Source of the DNA: Nitrosopumilus sp.
Lineage (GTDB): Archaea; Thermoproteota; Nitrososphaeria; Nitrososphaerales; Nitrosopumilaceae
Assembly: GCA_028351415.1 (NCBI GenBank)
Contig: JAOMJV010000001.1
Coordinates: forward strand, 40,898-104,897
DNA length: 64,000 nt
Direction of reading: 5' to 3'
In this document: positions 17,314 to 27,014 of the stretch, piece after piece
Numbering within the stretch: the first letter of the stretch is position 1
Layout: every line of letters begins with the position of its first letter
The notes under the pieces: model-generated
What the model was told of the DNA's origin: nothing
What the model saw: only the letters and a program-made list of their open reading frames with translations
The model's database searches: none
Made by a program: the position numbers and the translations under genes

Positions 17314-18357
17314 CTAAATTACTTTAGTAATTTTTGCAAGATTTAATGCTGTTTTCTTAGTCATTTTAATTTCTTTTAAAATTGTGTATCGTTCTGGTCT
17401 TAATCCTTGTGCAATAATTAATGCTTCAATAATTAATGCTGGTTCAAGTCCAATTTCTTTTGCTGTAGTTGGCGCTCCAACATCTTTTAATGTTTTAATA
17501 ATTTTTTCCCACTCCTGTCCTTGTAATTTTGCCATCATTATAGATCCAAGACCACATTTTTCTCCATGAAGTCCAATACCTGGTGCAATTTTATCAAGTG
17601 CATGTGAGAAAAGATGTTCTGCACCTGAACATGGCCTACTACTTCCTGCAATACATGATGCAACGCCTGCACTGATCAATCCTTCTACAATTACACGAGC
17701 ATCTAATCCTTTTTTTGCAAATTCTGCAGAATTTTCCATAACAATTTTTGCGCTCATCATTGCCAAATCTGCTGCATATCTTCCATAGTATTCTTTTTTC
17801 TTTTCATGTCCTAATTGCCAATCTTTTACAGCTATGATATTTGCAATAAGATCTCCACAACCACTAGCTAATAATTTTCCTGGTGCTTTTTTAATTATAT
17901 CAATATCTACAAAAACACCCATAGGTGCAGATGCTATGATTGAATGAGGTTTATCGCTTTTTACAGAAACAAATGGACTTGCCATTCCATCATGTGATGC
18001 AGCAGTTGGTAAACTTACAAATGGTATGGATAAATTATATGAAATTAGTTTTGCAGTATCTACAGAGCGGCCGCCTCCAATTCCTACAATTAAATTTGAA
18101 TTATCTTTTTTAACATCTTTTTCAATTTTATTAATCGATTTAATCTGATTATCAATTGATGTATGCCAAATAAATTGAATTTTATTATTTTTTAATGATT
18201 TTTCTATTTTAATTTTTAAGACTTTTTGAACCGTTATTCCTGATATCAGTGAAACTTTTTTTGGCTTATTTAATGAATTTAGAAATTTTCCAAAATCATT
18301 TATATTTTTTTCACCAATTTCAATAAGTCTTGGTAATTCCATTCTATGTGACTGCAT
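17314..18357 (-). CDS. egsA: sn-glycerol-1-phosphate dehydrogenase
   Basis: GIGGGRSVDTAK, PTAASHDG, SRPCSGAEHLFSHALD, LHGE; likely start at MQSH. Confidence 0.95.
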   Translation of the reverse strand: MQSHRMELPRLIEIGEKNINDFGKFLNSLNKPKKVSLISGITVQKVLKIKIEKSLKNNKIQFIWHTSIDNQIKSINKIEKDVKKDNSNLIVGIGGGRSVDTAKLISYNLSIPFVSLPTAASHDGMASPFVSVKSDKPHSIIASAPMGVFVDIDIIKKAPGKLLASGCGDLIANIIAVKDWQLGHEKKKEYYGRYAADLAMMSAKIVMENSAEFAKKGLDARVIVEGLISAGVASCIAGSSRPCSGAEHLFSHALDKIAPGIGLHGEKCGLGSIMMAKLQGQEWEKIIKTLKDVGAPTTAKEIGLEPALIIEALIIAQGLRPERYTILKEIKMTKKTALNLAKITKVI

Positions 18358-18417
18358 GCGATCTTCATTTTTTATCATTATTTATCATTTCAAAAGATCA
18401 AAAAGTTATTTAAAAGG

Positions 18418-19086
18418 GTGACATTCCACTTAGATTATCTAAAAAGGTGTATTTTGTCAAACAATGTTGAAGAAAAAATTTTGCACGGGACTACCACTGT
18501 AGGTATCAAGGCTACGGATGGCGTTGTTTTATGTGCTGATATGAGGGCTAGTGCAGGATATTTTATAGCCAATAACAATACTATGAAAATTCAGCAAATT
18601 GACCTACATGCAGGTTTAACCTTGGCTGGAGGCGTTGCAGATGCACAAAACATTGTTGATGTGCTACGATATCATTCTAATTTACACAGGGTCGATAAAC
18701 AAAATTCAATTTCTATTCATTCTCTTGCAAGACTTTGTTCGTTGATATTTCATCAAAATAGAGGATATCCATTCATGGCTGATATCTTACTTGGTGGTTA
18801 TGATGCAAATGGTCCTGCTTTGTTTAATGTTGATATGTTTGGTTCTGTTGAAGAAAAATCTTATGTTACAACTGGTAGTGGATCACCAGTAGCTTATGGT
18901 TTACTTGAAGAAGAATATCGAAATGACCTCACAGTTGAAGAGGCAAAAAAAGTAGCTTTACGAGCTGTTAAAGCTGCAATTGTTAGAAACATTGGTACAG
19001 GTGATGGAATTAACATCGCAACAATGGATAAAAATGGATTCCGTCTTTTGACTGATGAACAAAAGAAATCAGTTCTCGAACTTTAG
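18418..19086 (+). CDS. psmB: 20S proteasome beta subunit
   Basis: HG|TTTVGI processing site, TGSGSPVAYGLLE; true start probably TTG 18454. Confidence 0.95.
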   Translation: MTFHLDYLKRCILSNNVEEKILHGTTTVGIKATDGVVLCADMRASAGYFIANNNTMKIQQIDLHAGLTLAGGVADAQNIVDVLRYHSNLHRVDKQNSISIHSLARLCSLIFHQNRGYPFMADILLGGYDANGPALFNVDMFGSVEEKSYVTTGSGSPVAYGLLEEEYRNDLTVEEAKKVALRAVKAAIVRNIGTGDGINIATMDKNGFRLLTDEQKKSVLEL

Positions 19087-19093
19087 TGATTTA

Positions 19094-21034
19094 ATGCAAA
19101 AAAAACAACCTCCAAAAGAATTACCTCCTAGTAGCCAGAATATAATGGCAACCATACTGCAAAGTATGCCCAAAGAAGCAAGTATTACAAAAATAGAATA
19201 TGAAGGACCAAGAATTGCACTTTATACAAATTCTCCTAGATACCTCTTAGAAAATAACGAAACAATTTCAAATCTTGTAAATATAATTAAAAAACGTATT
19301 GTAATTAGAACTGATGAATCTATTAGAAAACCTGAAGATGAATGTAGAAAAATTATTACAGAATTTGTTCCAAAAGAAGCAAATCTACAAGGAACTTTAT
19401 TTGATTCATCCACTGGTGAAGTTTCTATTGAAGCAAAAAGACCTTGGTTACTACAAAGAGATGCAAAAGAATTCAATCATGTTGATCTTACTGAAAAAAT
19501 AGGTTGGAGATTACGAATTCGAAAAGCTACTACTATCCCATCACGTACTATTCAAACAATTAATGCAACTCTGAAGCAATCTTCCACTGAAAGAAGTAAA
19601 CAAATGAAACAAGTAGGTGATGATATTTTTAGATCTAGAATATCTCAAAGAACTGAAGTAACTCTTCACACTCTTGGCGGTTTTGGTCAAGTAGGTAGAT
19701 CTTCAATGTTATTATCTACACCAGAAAGTAAAATTTTAATTGATTGTGGAATTAACCCTGGTGCTCGTTCTCCAATGGACGCATATCCGAGACTTGATTC
19801 ATTAAACATTACATTGGATGAACTTGATGCTGTAGTTATTGGACATGCTCATTTGGATCATACTGGATTCTTACCAGCATTATGCAAATATGGTTACAAA
19901 GGTCCCATTTACTGCAGTGAGCCAACATTGCCCATGATGAATTTAATTCAATTGGATGCAATTAAAGTAGCAGCTGCTCAAGGCAGAACTCCGATTTATG
20001 CTGAACGAGATGTAAAACAGGTAATGAGACAAACAATCACTTTGCCATATGGAACTGTGACTGATATTTCCCCTGATATTAAATTGGTTCTTGCTAATGC
20101 AGGACACATTCTTGGCTCTGCATTATGTCATTTTCATATTGGTAATGGTGATCATAATTTTGTTTATTCAGGTGATATTAAATTTGGAAAAAGTATTTTA
20201 TTTGAAGCTGCTAGTTGGAATTTCCCACGAGTAGAAACATTATTGATTGAAAGTACTTATGGTCTTAACGAAGACATTCAACCAACTAGACAACAGGTAG
20301 AATCTTCTTTTATCAATGCAGTAAACAACACTTTGGCAGACGGAGGAAAAGTTTTGATTCCTATTCCAGCAGTTGGACGTGCACAAGAAATTATGATGGT
20401 AATTGATCATTACATGAAATCTGGTGAAATGGTTGAAGCTCCAGTTTTTACTGAAGGAATGATTTCTGAAGCATCAGCTATTCATGAATCTTATCCTGAA
20501 TATCTTGCAAGAGAATTAAAACAGAAAATTTTAGAAACTGATGATAATCCATTTGATTCTGAATACTTTACAAATATTGAGCATTCCGATGCTAGAGAAG
20601 AACCAATGAGAGAAAATTCACCATGCATTATTTTAGCAACATCTGGAATGTTGGAAGGCGGTCCTGTTTTAGAATACTTCAAAAATATTGCTCCAGATAA
20701 AAAAAATAAAGTATTGTTTGTTTCTTATCAAGTAAATGGAACTATGGGAAGAAGAGTTCTTGATGGTTCTAAACAAGTTTCTATGTTGGGAAAAGAAGGT
20801 AAGATTGAAGTTGTTGCTGTTAACTGTGGTGTTGAAAAACTAGATGGATTTAGTGGACATAGTGATTATAACCAATTAATGTCATTTGTAAAAAGATTAA
20901 GACCAAAACTTCGTCGTGTTTTAGTTAACCACGGAGAACGTTCAAAATCTGAAAATCTTGCTATGAATATTAGAAGAACATACAAACTTGCAGCTCATTA
21001 CCCTCAAGTTCAAGAAGCAATAAAATTATTTTAA
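19094..21034 (+). CDS. fttA: aCPSF1 beta-CASP ribonuclease/termination factor (KH-KH-MBL)
   Basis: IEYEGP KH region, HAHLDH, AGHILGS, GFSGHSD; conserved position next to psmB. Confidence 0.95.
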   Translation: MQKKQPPKELPPSSQNIMATILQSMPKEASITKIEYEGPRIALYTNSPRYLLENNETISNLVNIIKKRIVIRTDESIRKPEDECRKIITEFVPKEANLQGTLFDSSTGEVSIEAKRPWLLQRDAKEFNHVDLTEKIGWRLRIRKATTIPSRTIQTINATLKQSSTERSKQMKQVGDDIFRSRISQRTEVTLHTLGGFGQVGRSSMLLSTPESKILIDCGINPGARSPMDAYPRLDSLNITLDELDAVVIGHAHLDHTGFLPALCKYGYKGPIYCSEPTLPMMNLIQLDAIKVAAAQGRTPIYAERDVKQVMRQTITLPYGTVTDISPDIKLVLANAGHILGSALCHFHIGNGDHNFVYSGDIKFGKSILFEAASWNFPRVETLLIESTYGLNEDIQPTRQQVESSFINAVNNTLADGGKVLIPIPAVGRAQEIMMVIDHYMKSGEMVEAPVFTEGMISEASAIHESYPEYLARELKQKILETDDNPFDSEYFTNIEHSDAREEPMRENSPCIILATSGMLEGGPVLEYFKNIAPDKKNKVLFVSYQVNGTMGRRVLDGSKQVSMLGKEGKIEVVAVNCGVEKLDGFSGHSDYNQLMSFVKRLRPKLRRVLVNHGERSKSENLAMNIRRTYKLAAHYPQVQEAIKLF

Positions 21035-21304
21035 ATCGTATTCTGGTTTCCAGATCTTTATGCTAGATGGAGTGACAATAATTCTTTCTTCACCCAATCT
21101 TGCAATATCTGCATCTGCTGTCTTAGCAATTGAATATAATTCTTCAACCACTTTACGCAATTGATCCACATCCTTTTGTGCCAATGGAGTAACTCTAAGA
21201 ATTAAAATTATTCCTTTTTTAATATCCTCTTTAATAGAATGAACATCACTAGCATCTCTAATTGTAATTGCTTTTAGATATGTGGTATTTTCTTGCTTTT
21301 GCAT
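21026..21304 (-). CDS. sepF: SepF-like cell division protein
   Basis: IKEDIKKGIILILRVTPL...DIARLGEERIIVTP. Confidence 0.85.
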   Translation of the reverse strand: MQKQENTTYLKAITIRDASDVHSIKEDIKKGIILILRVTPLAQKDVDQLRKVVEELYSIAKTADADIARLGEERIIVTPSSIKIWKPEYDLK

Positions 21305-21365
21305 TATGATTGAAAAAGATCTACTCCCTCAAAAACTCTTCTTTGATTTTTTAAATTTTTTACGC

Positions 21366-22373
21366 CTACATTCTAAATTTAACATAAGATTGCTCTTCTG
21401 CACATTCTACACTAATTTCATCTGTTGAATCCCCATTTTTAATAGAAACAATATTTTTTTCAGTTTTTGGTGCATCTGAATATCTTAGAGTTACAGCTGA
21501 TCCAAAATCTACATGTAACTTTGCATTATTACCACGTAAAATTGCAATTGGTCCTACGTAATCTTTAGCTTCAAGTAAAATATCTCCAGGTAGCGCTAAT
21601 GCTTTAATCATTTCATTTTCATCTTTGTTTCTTCCTATGACAAATTTTGTTTCTTCATCTAATCTAAAGTGTCTTCCAATCTTTAACAAATCAATTTCAT
21701 TAATTGTTGGAGTTTCTATATGATCAAACAAATCTTTAGCTTTAATTCCAAATTGTGGTTCAGTTAACAAACAACCCCCACCCGCATTTGGTGGATTTTC
21801 AATACCATATTCTTTAGCCATTTGTATCTGTATTTTTCTTTGTCTTCCTTTGATCATTCCAAGATTTTCTCTTTTAATTAAACCGCTTTTTTCAGCATCT
21901 GTAGGTGGTAATAATCCTGCAGATAATGGTCTGACAATTTTTCCATTCAAATTTGATTCTTTTTCAATAGTAGCTAACGATGGTGCATGTTGACTCATTG
22001 GACGTTGACCCAATACTTCACCTGAAATAATAAACTCTGCACCGATTTCTTCCATGTGTTTTTTTGCAGCATCAAACATCATTGTTCTGCAATCCACACA
22101 TGGATTAAATCCTGCACCGATTCCGTGCTTTGGATGTTTTAACATCTCAATGTATTCATCTCCAAGATAAACTGTTTTTAAATTTACATTAAGATCATCT
22201 GCTCTTTCTCTAATTTCAAAACCACATCCTCTACCACAATCAAAATCACAAAATGGAGTTTTAATTGCAACCGCGGAAACTTCGAATCCTTGCTTTTGCA
22301 TCATTTTTACTGCAAGCTGACTGTCTAAACCACCAGAAAGCAATGCAACTACTTTCTTCTTTTCTTCTACCAC
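21366..22373 (-). CDS. ThiI/MnmA-like PP-loop tRNA thiolation protein (DUF814-type C-terminus)
   Basis: LLSGGLDS, NPCVDCR, GEVLGQRPMSQ, AGGGCLLT, GRHFR. Confidence 0.85.
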   Translation of the reverse strand: MVEEKKKVVALLSGGLDSQLAVKMMQKQGFEVSAVAIKTPFCDFDCGRGCGFEIRERADDLNVNLKTVYLGDEYIEMLKHPKHGIGAGFNPCVDCRTMMFDAAKKHMEEIGAEFIISGEVLGQRPMSQHAPSLATIEKESNLNGKIVRPLSAGLLPPTDAEKSGLIKRENLGMIKGRQRKIQIQMAKEYGIENPPNAGGGCLLTEPQFGIKAKDLFDHIETPTINEIDLLKIGRHFRLDEETKFVIGRNKDENEMIKALALPGDILLEAKDYVGPIAILRGNNAKLHVDFGSAVTLRYSDAPKTEKNIVSIKNGDSTDEISVECAEEQSYVKFRM

Positions 22374-22443
22374 GCGAGGTTTTTTTGAATTCCTTATACA
22401 AACTTTACATCATACATAAATTAAGAATATACAATATTTTGAT

Positions 22444-23508
22444 ATGAAGCAACGAAGAAAAAATCTTCTAAAACACGCTCAAAAGATTGACTGTGATACA
22501 CTAGTTACATTTGAGCCTGAGAATTTATTTTACATGACTGGTTTTTGGGGTGAGGCTATTGGATTACTTGAAAAAAATGGAAAAACTACCATTATTGCTC
22601 CAGAATTGGAGGTTGGAAGAGCAAAAAGTGAATCAGAAGATTGTGAAGTCATCACTGCTGAACGTGGATCTGGATTAATCTCTACGCTGATACAGAAAAT
22701 TAAGAAAAATCATGTTTGTACTGATTGCCAAAATTATTCAACTATGTTAAGTCTAAAAAAATCAATTCCAAACATTAAATCCTCTGTAGAGCCATTTTAC
22801 AATGCCCGAATTATAAAAGATGAAAAAGAAATTAAAATTTTAAAAAAAGCTTCTAAAATTATTGATGAAATGTTTACAATTTGTTCAAAAAAAATTAAAG
22901 TTGGACAAAAAGAATCTGAATTACAAACAATTTTGATGACATATGCAATGGAACAAGGAATGTTTGATACTGGCTATGCATCTACACTCAATCCTTTAAT
23001 TATTGCTGGAGGTCCAAACGGTGCACTTCCACATGCACAAGTAAGTCAAAGAAAATTCAAAAAAGGTGATCTTATTGTGACTGATCTTACATTAAGATAC
23101 AAAGGTTATGTTTCTGATTCAACTAGAACATTTGCACTTGGAAAAATTTCTTCTCAAGCAAATGAAGCATATGAAATTGTTAAAGAATCCCAAAGACTTG
23201 GTCTTAAGTCTGTTAAACCGAATGTAGATTGTAGTGATGTTGATTCTGCATGTAGAAAATACATTGAAGAAAAAAATTATGGCCAATATTTTATTCATTC
23301 AACTGGACATGGAATTGGATTAGAAGTACATGAATTTCCAACAATTTCTTATCGAAGTAATACCAAATTAAAAGAAAATATGGCAATTACTGTTGAGCCT
23401 GGAGTATACCTAGTAAATAAATTTGGAATTAGAATTGAAGATTCACTTATTGTAAAAGATAGACCAATTGTAATGCATAAGTTTACTAAAGATTTACTAA
23501 GAATTTGA
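22444..23508 (+). CDS. Xaa-Pro aminopeptidase/dipeptidase (M24)
   Basis: ALPH, YVSDSTRT, HSTGHGIGLEVHE, TVEPGVY, GIRIED. Confidence 0.94.
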   Translation: MKQRRKNLLKHAQKIDCDTLVTFEPENLFYMTGFWGEAIGLLEKNGKTTIIAPELEVGRAKSESEDCEVITAERGSGLISTLIQKIKKNHVCTDCQNYSTMLSLKKSIPNIKSSVEPFYNARIIKDEKEIKILKKASKIIDEMFTICSKKIKVGQKESELQTILMTYAMEQGMFDTGYASTLNPLIIAGGPNGALPHAQVSQRKFKKGDLIVTDLTLRYKGYVSDSTRTFALGKISSQANEAYEIVKESQRLGLKSVKPNVDCSDVDSACRKYIEEKNYGQYFIHSTGHGIGLEVHEFPTISYRSNTKLKENMAITVEPGVYLVNKFGIRIEDSLIVKDRPIVMHKFTKDLLRI

Positions 23509-23518
23509 GAAATTACCC

Positions 23519-23674
23519 TTAAGAATATCTTTCTGCTAATCTATATCTCATGTATTTGTCATCTGGTGAAAATTTAGCTGGATGTACAGATTTTGTTTCC
23601 TCACTGCACTTTGGACATTTCTCTTTTAGTGTATAATGACTGCACTTTGAACATTTTCGTAATAGAAATCTCAT
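23519..23674 (-). CDS. nop10: H/ACA RNP protein Nop10, 51 aa (not in ORF track)
   Basis: MRFLLRKCSKCSHYTLKEKCPKC...HPAKFSPDDKYMRYR, directly downstream of aIF2-alpha. Confidence 0.95.
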   Translation of the reverse strand: MRFLLRKCSKCSHYTLKEKCPKCSEETKSVHPAKFSPDDKYMRYRLAERYS

Positions 23675-23675
23675 T

Positions 23676-24467
23676 TTAATTTTCTCGTGTTTTCTTTGAA
23701 TCTTCTCGTGTAAATTTGAATAAACCTTTTTTCTTTTCTATGTCTGTTTTAATTTCTTCAATTATTGGTTTCAATGATTTTTCAGCAGATTTAAAATTTT
23801 CAGAAGTAATTGATATTCTGTATTTTGGTGCTCCTAAATATGTGATATCCATTGTTGAATCTTTTTTTATTATATCTAGTAGTGTTTTTTTAATTATCTC
23901 AACACCATTTGATTTGTTATTTGTTATTTCCATGATCCCTCTAATTTCTACTGATGGGAGTTTAATTTTTGAACAAATTTCTTCAAGTGCTGTTGTAATT
24001 TTTTTTGTTAATTTAAGATCTGTAATTATACTGATTCCATTTCTTGCAATTTCCATGAATCCATCATAAACTGAATCAAACTGTGTATACATTTTATCTT
24101 CTATTTTTTCAATTTCTTCATCTGTTAGTTTTGTTTTTTCTTGAAGATTTTCTAACAATGTTTTGCCTTTTTCATATTTCTTCACCTCTTTTAGTTTCTG
24201 CTTCTTTTGATCTTTTGAAACTTGTTTTAATGATAAATCGATATCATTTGATTTTACTTTTTTTACAAGTAAAACTTTCTTCTCGCCATCTTTAACAAAT
24301 CTACTTACTGATCTAATCCAACCTGGTGCTATCTCTGAAATGTGTAAAAATCCTTGAATATCGTCATATTCATCTAATGTAACGTATGCTCCATGATCCA
24401 TTACTTTAGTTACTGTGGCTAGAATAATTTCACCTTGTTCAGGCATTTCTTGAATTTCAGTAGACAA
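23676..24467 (-). CDS. eif2a: Translation initiation factor aIF-2 alpha
   Basis: S1 domain GAYVTLDEY..GFLHISEIAPGWIR; YLGAPKYRI. Confidence 0.95.
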   Translation of the reverse strand: MSTEIQEMPEQGEIILATVTKVMDHGAYVTLDEYDDIQGFLHISEIAPGWIRSVSRFVKDGEKKVLLVKKVKSNDIDLSLKQVSKDQKKQKLKEVKKYEKGKTLLENLQEKTKLTDEEIEKIEDKMYTQFDSVYDGFMEIARNGISIITDLKLTKKITTALEEICSKIKLPSVEIRGIMEITNNKSNGVEIIKKTLLDIIKKDSTMDITYLGAPKYRISITSENFKSAEKSLKPIIEEIKTDIEKKKGLFKFTREDSKKTREN

Positions 24468-24507
24468 TTCTTCTAAAACTTCTCAATGTGTAAATTAATG
24501 TTGCTCG

Positions 24508-25041
24508 TTAGAAATCAATTCCTTCTTTTGCTTTAATACCACGTTGAAATGGATGCTTAATTTCTCTCATTTCTGTTACTAAATCTGCAACTTCAATTAC
24601 CTCATCTTTTGCATAATTACCTGTTAATATCAAATCCATTTTTTGGGGTTTTGATTTAATCAATTCTAAGACATCATCAAGTGAAATTAAATTAAGATTT
24701 ACTGCATAATTTATTTCATCTAAAATTACTATGTCATATTTACCTGATTGAATTTTTTCATTACTAATTTTAATTGCTTCTTTGGCAACTTCCTGATGAT
24801 CTATTTTTGGACTTTTATCATCTATAATCCCAACAAATCCTTTACCTATTGCAACCATTTCAAATTCTGGTTCTAGTCTCTTTGATGAATCCATTTCACC
24901 ATAATGCCATGAACCTTTGATAAATTGAATCATGCATATTTTCTTTTTATACCCTGTAGCTCTTAATGCAATTCCTAGTGCTGCTGTTGTTTTCCCTTTA
25001 CCTTTTCCTGTATAAACAATAGTTAAGCCATCTTTTTCCAT
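24508..25041 (-). CDS. cobO: Cob(I)yrinic acid a,c-diamide adenosyltransferase
   Basis: YTGKGKGKTTAALG, QFIKG, ILDEI, KHPF..GIKAKEGIDF. Confidence 0.94.
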   Translation of the reverse strand: MEKDGLTIVYTGKGKGKTTAALGIALRATGYKKKICMIQFIKGSWHYGEMDSSKRLEPEFEMVAIGKGFVGIIDDKSPKIDHQEVAKEAIKISNEKIQSGKYDIVILDEINYAVNLNLISLDDVLELIKSKPQKMDLILTGNYAKDEVIEVADLVTEMREIKHPFQRGIKAKEGIDF

Positions 25042-25126
25042 AATTAGTCATTAATTTTTATCAGTAAAAACATTCGTTATTGTTCTAGGGTATTAATTTA
25101 AATAAAAAAAAAATTCTAAACATACA

Positions 25127-26482
25127 TTGAAAATACCTCGAATTGTTTTAGCAGGTGCAACTAGTGGTGTTGGTAAAACATCGATCACATGTTCAATTAT
25201 CCATGCCTTACAAAAAAGAGGTTTTTCTGTACAACCTTTCAAAGTAGGCCCTGATTATATTGATCCTAGTTATCTTTCAGCTATTTCAAAAAATGAAACA
25301 TACAATCTTGATGTATGGTTGATGGGTCAAAAACAAGTTTTGGATAGTTTTGTTTCTCATTCAAATTCTGATGTTTCAATAATTGAGGGCGTCATGGGAT
25401 ATTATGATGGATTTGAGGGATCCTCTAACCATGCTAGTACTCACCATGTTGCATCCATTACAAAATCTCCTGTAATTTTAGTATTAGATGCAAGTAAAAC
25501 TGCTCGTTCTATCGGTGCAACTGCTTTAGGTTTTAAAAAATTCCACAGAACATCAAGAATTGTTGGAATTATTTTAAATAAAATTGGAAGTAAAAAACAT
25601 GAAATTCTTTGTAGAGATGCTTTAGAAAAAACAAAACTACCTATTATCGGTGTAATTCCAAAAAATCCTATCCTAAATTTAGAATCAAGACATCTTGGAT
25701 TGATATCTACATATGATAATAAAATTTTAAAAAATAAACTTGAAAAAACTTCAAAAATTATTTCAGAATCATTAGATGTTGATCAAATTATCAAAATTAT
25801 CAAAAATCCCATTTCTTTGCCTAAAAAAATTAAAAGTAATTATAAAAAAACTAAAGTAAAAATTGCAGTTGCTTTAGATAATTCATTTAATTTCTATTAT
25901 GATGATAATTTGAATGCATTACGACGTGAAGGTGCATCCTTAACTTTTTTCAGTCCAATAAATGATAAAAAATTTCCAAAATGTGATGGATTATACATTG
26001 GAGGTGGATTTCCTGAAATTTTAGGAAATGATCTTGCAAAAAATCAAATTATGAAAAAATCTATTAAAAAATTATCTGAAGATAACTTTCCTATTTATGC
26101 TGAATGCGGAGGCTTGATGTATCTGACCAAATCTATTACTAACGATAAGAAAAAATTCAAAATGGTTGGTTTATTTGATGCAGAAACAACAATGACAAAA
26201 AAAATGAGATTAAATTATACAAAAGGAAAGTTATCTTCTAAAAATATTTTATCTGATAGTTTACATGAATTTCGTGGTCATGAATTTCATTATTCTCAAT
26301 TAGAATCTGTATCATCTGATTCTAAATTTGCTTTTAATTTGGATATTGGCGAAGGAATAATAAATCATCAGGATGGTCTAATCCAAAATAATACACTTGC
26401 ATCATACGGTCATCTTTATTTTGATAGTTCTAATTATGCTGAAATTTTTGTAAAGAATTGTCTAAATGAATCACGTAGATAA
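25127..26482 (+). CDS. cbiA: Cobyrinate a,c-diamide synthase
   Basis: SGVGKT, FKVGPDYIDP, IEGVMG, ESRHLGL, YAECGGLMYL, GHEFHYS. Confidence 0.95.
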   Translation: MKIPRIVLAGATSGVGKTSITCSIIHALQKRGFSVQPFKVGPDYIDPSYLSAISKNETYNLDVWLMGQKQVLDSFVSHSNSDVSIIEGVMGYYDGFEGSSNHASTHHVASITKSPVILVLDASKTARSIGATALGFKKFHRTSRIVGIILNKIGSKKHEILCRDALEKTKLPIIGVIPKNPILNLESRHLGLISTYDNKILKNKLEKTSKIISESLDVDQIIKIIKNPISLPKKIKSNYKKTKVKIAVALDNSFNFYYDDNLNALRREGASLTFFSPINDKKFPKCDGLYIGGGFPEILGNDLAKNQIMKKSIKKLSEDNFPIYAECGGLMYLTKSITNDKKKFKMVGLFDAETTMTKKMRLNYTKGKLSSKNILSDSLHEFRGHEFHYSQLESVSSDSKFAFNLDIGEGIINHQDGLIQNNTLASYGHLYFDSSNYAEIFVKNCLNESRR

Positions 26483-26483
26483 T

Positions 26484-26819
26484 TTAATTTCTGTTTATTA
26501 TTTTAGCAATTACACAATATACAATTACAATTGGAGGAAAAACATAGACGCTTGTACCTCCAAACCAACTAAGAATATCAAACATTCCATTGGGGTTTAG
26601 ATAATCTTCGATCATTGGAATGTCATATGTGCTATTGACATAATCCATGCCAATAGCAAATCCTGAGGCTATAATTCCAAGAACAACGCAATTCCTGCCT
26701 AGTTTATCATATTGACGACCTTGTTTTCTTAAGATAATCATGGCAACTAGTCCACCAATTATGCTTCCAAATGCTGGAAGTAAATAATACAAATTACTTT
26801 TAGATTTTATATTGGACAC
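26484..26819 (-). CDS. Hypothetical membrane protein (~3 TM)
   Basis: 111 aa with hydrophobic helices; TATA-like CCTATAAAAT about 28 nt upstream of the GTG. Confidence 0.7.
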   Translation of the reverse strand: MSNIKSKSNLYYLLPAFGSIIGGLVAMIILRKQGRQYDKLGRNCVVLGIIASGFAIGMDYVNSTYDIPMIEDYLNPNGMFDILSWFGGTSVYVFPPIVIVYCVIAKIINRN

Positions 26820-26870
26820 AATTACTACCCATTACCGTTTATTTTATAGGTCACTGTGTCTGTAGTTTTT

Positions 26871-26986
26871 TACGTTTGATTCCAAAATCGCGTTAGTTGA
26901 AAAATTACTAACAAAACGTATACCTGAAGAACGGAACTCTCCATTCTTCATGAGGTTGGTTGAGCCTTTCAAGCTCTCCAATCTCG
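26871..26986. other. Highly structured intergenic element (candidate ncRNA or ssDNA site)
   Basis: Three-way junction (tacgttt/aaacgta closing gatt/aatc and gttagt/actaac), then hairpins 26925-26950 and 26951-26986. Confidence 0.55.
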
Positions 26987-27014
26987 CTTTTAATTATTCT
27001 AAGAAATCGTCACA

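Noticed and set aside
26924-26950. Hammerhead ribozyme suggested by CTGAAGA
   Set aside because: No GAAA follows stem II on that strand, and the TGAAGA is itself paired in the hairpin.
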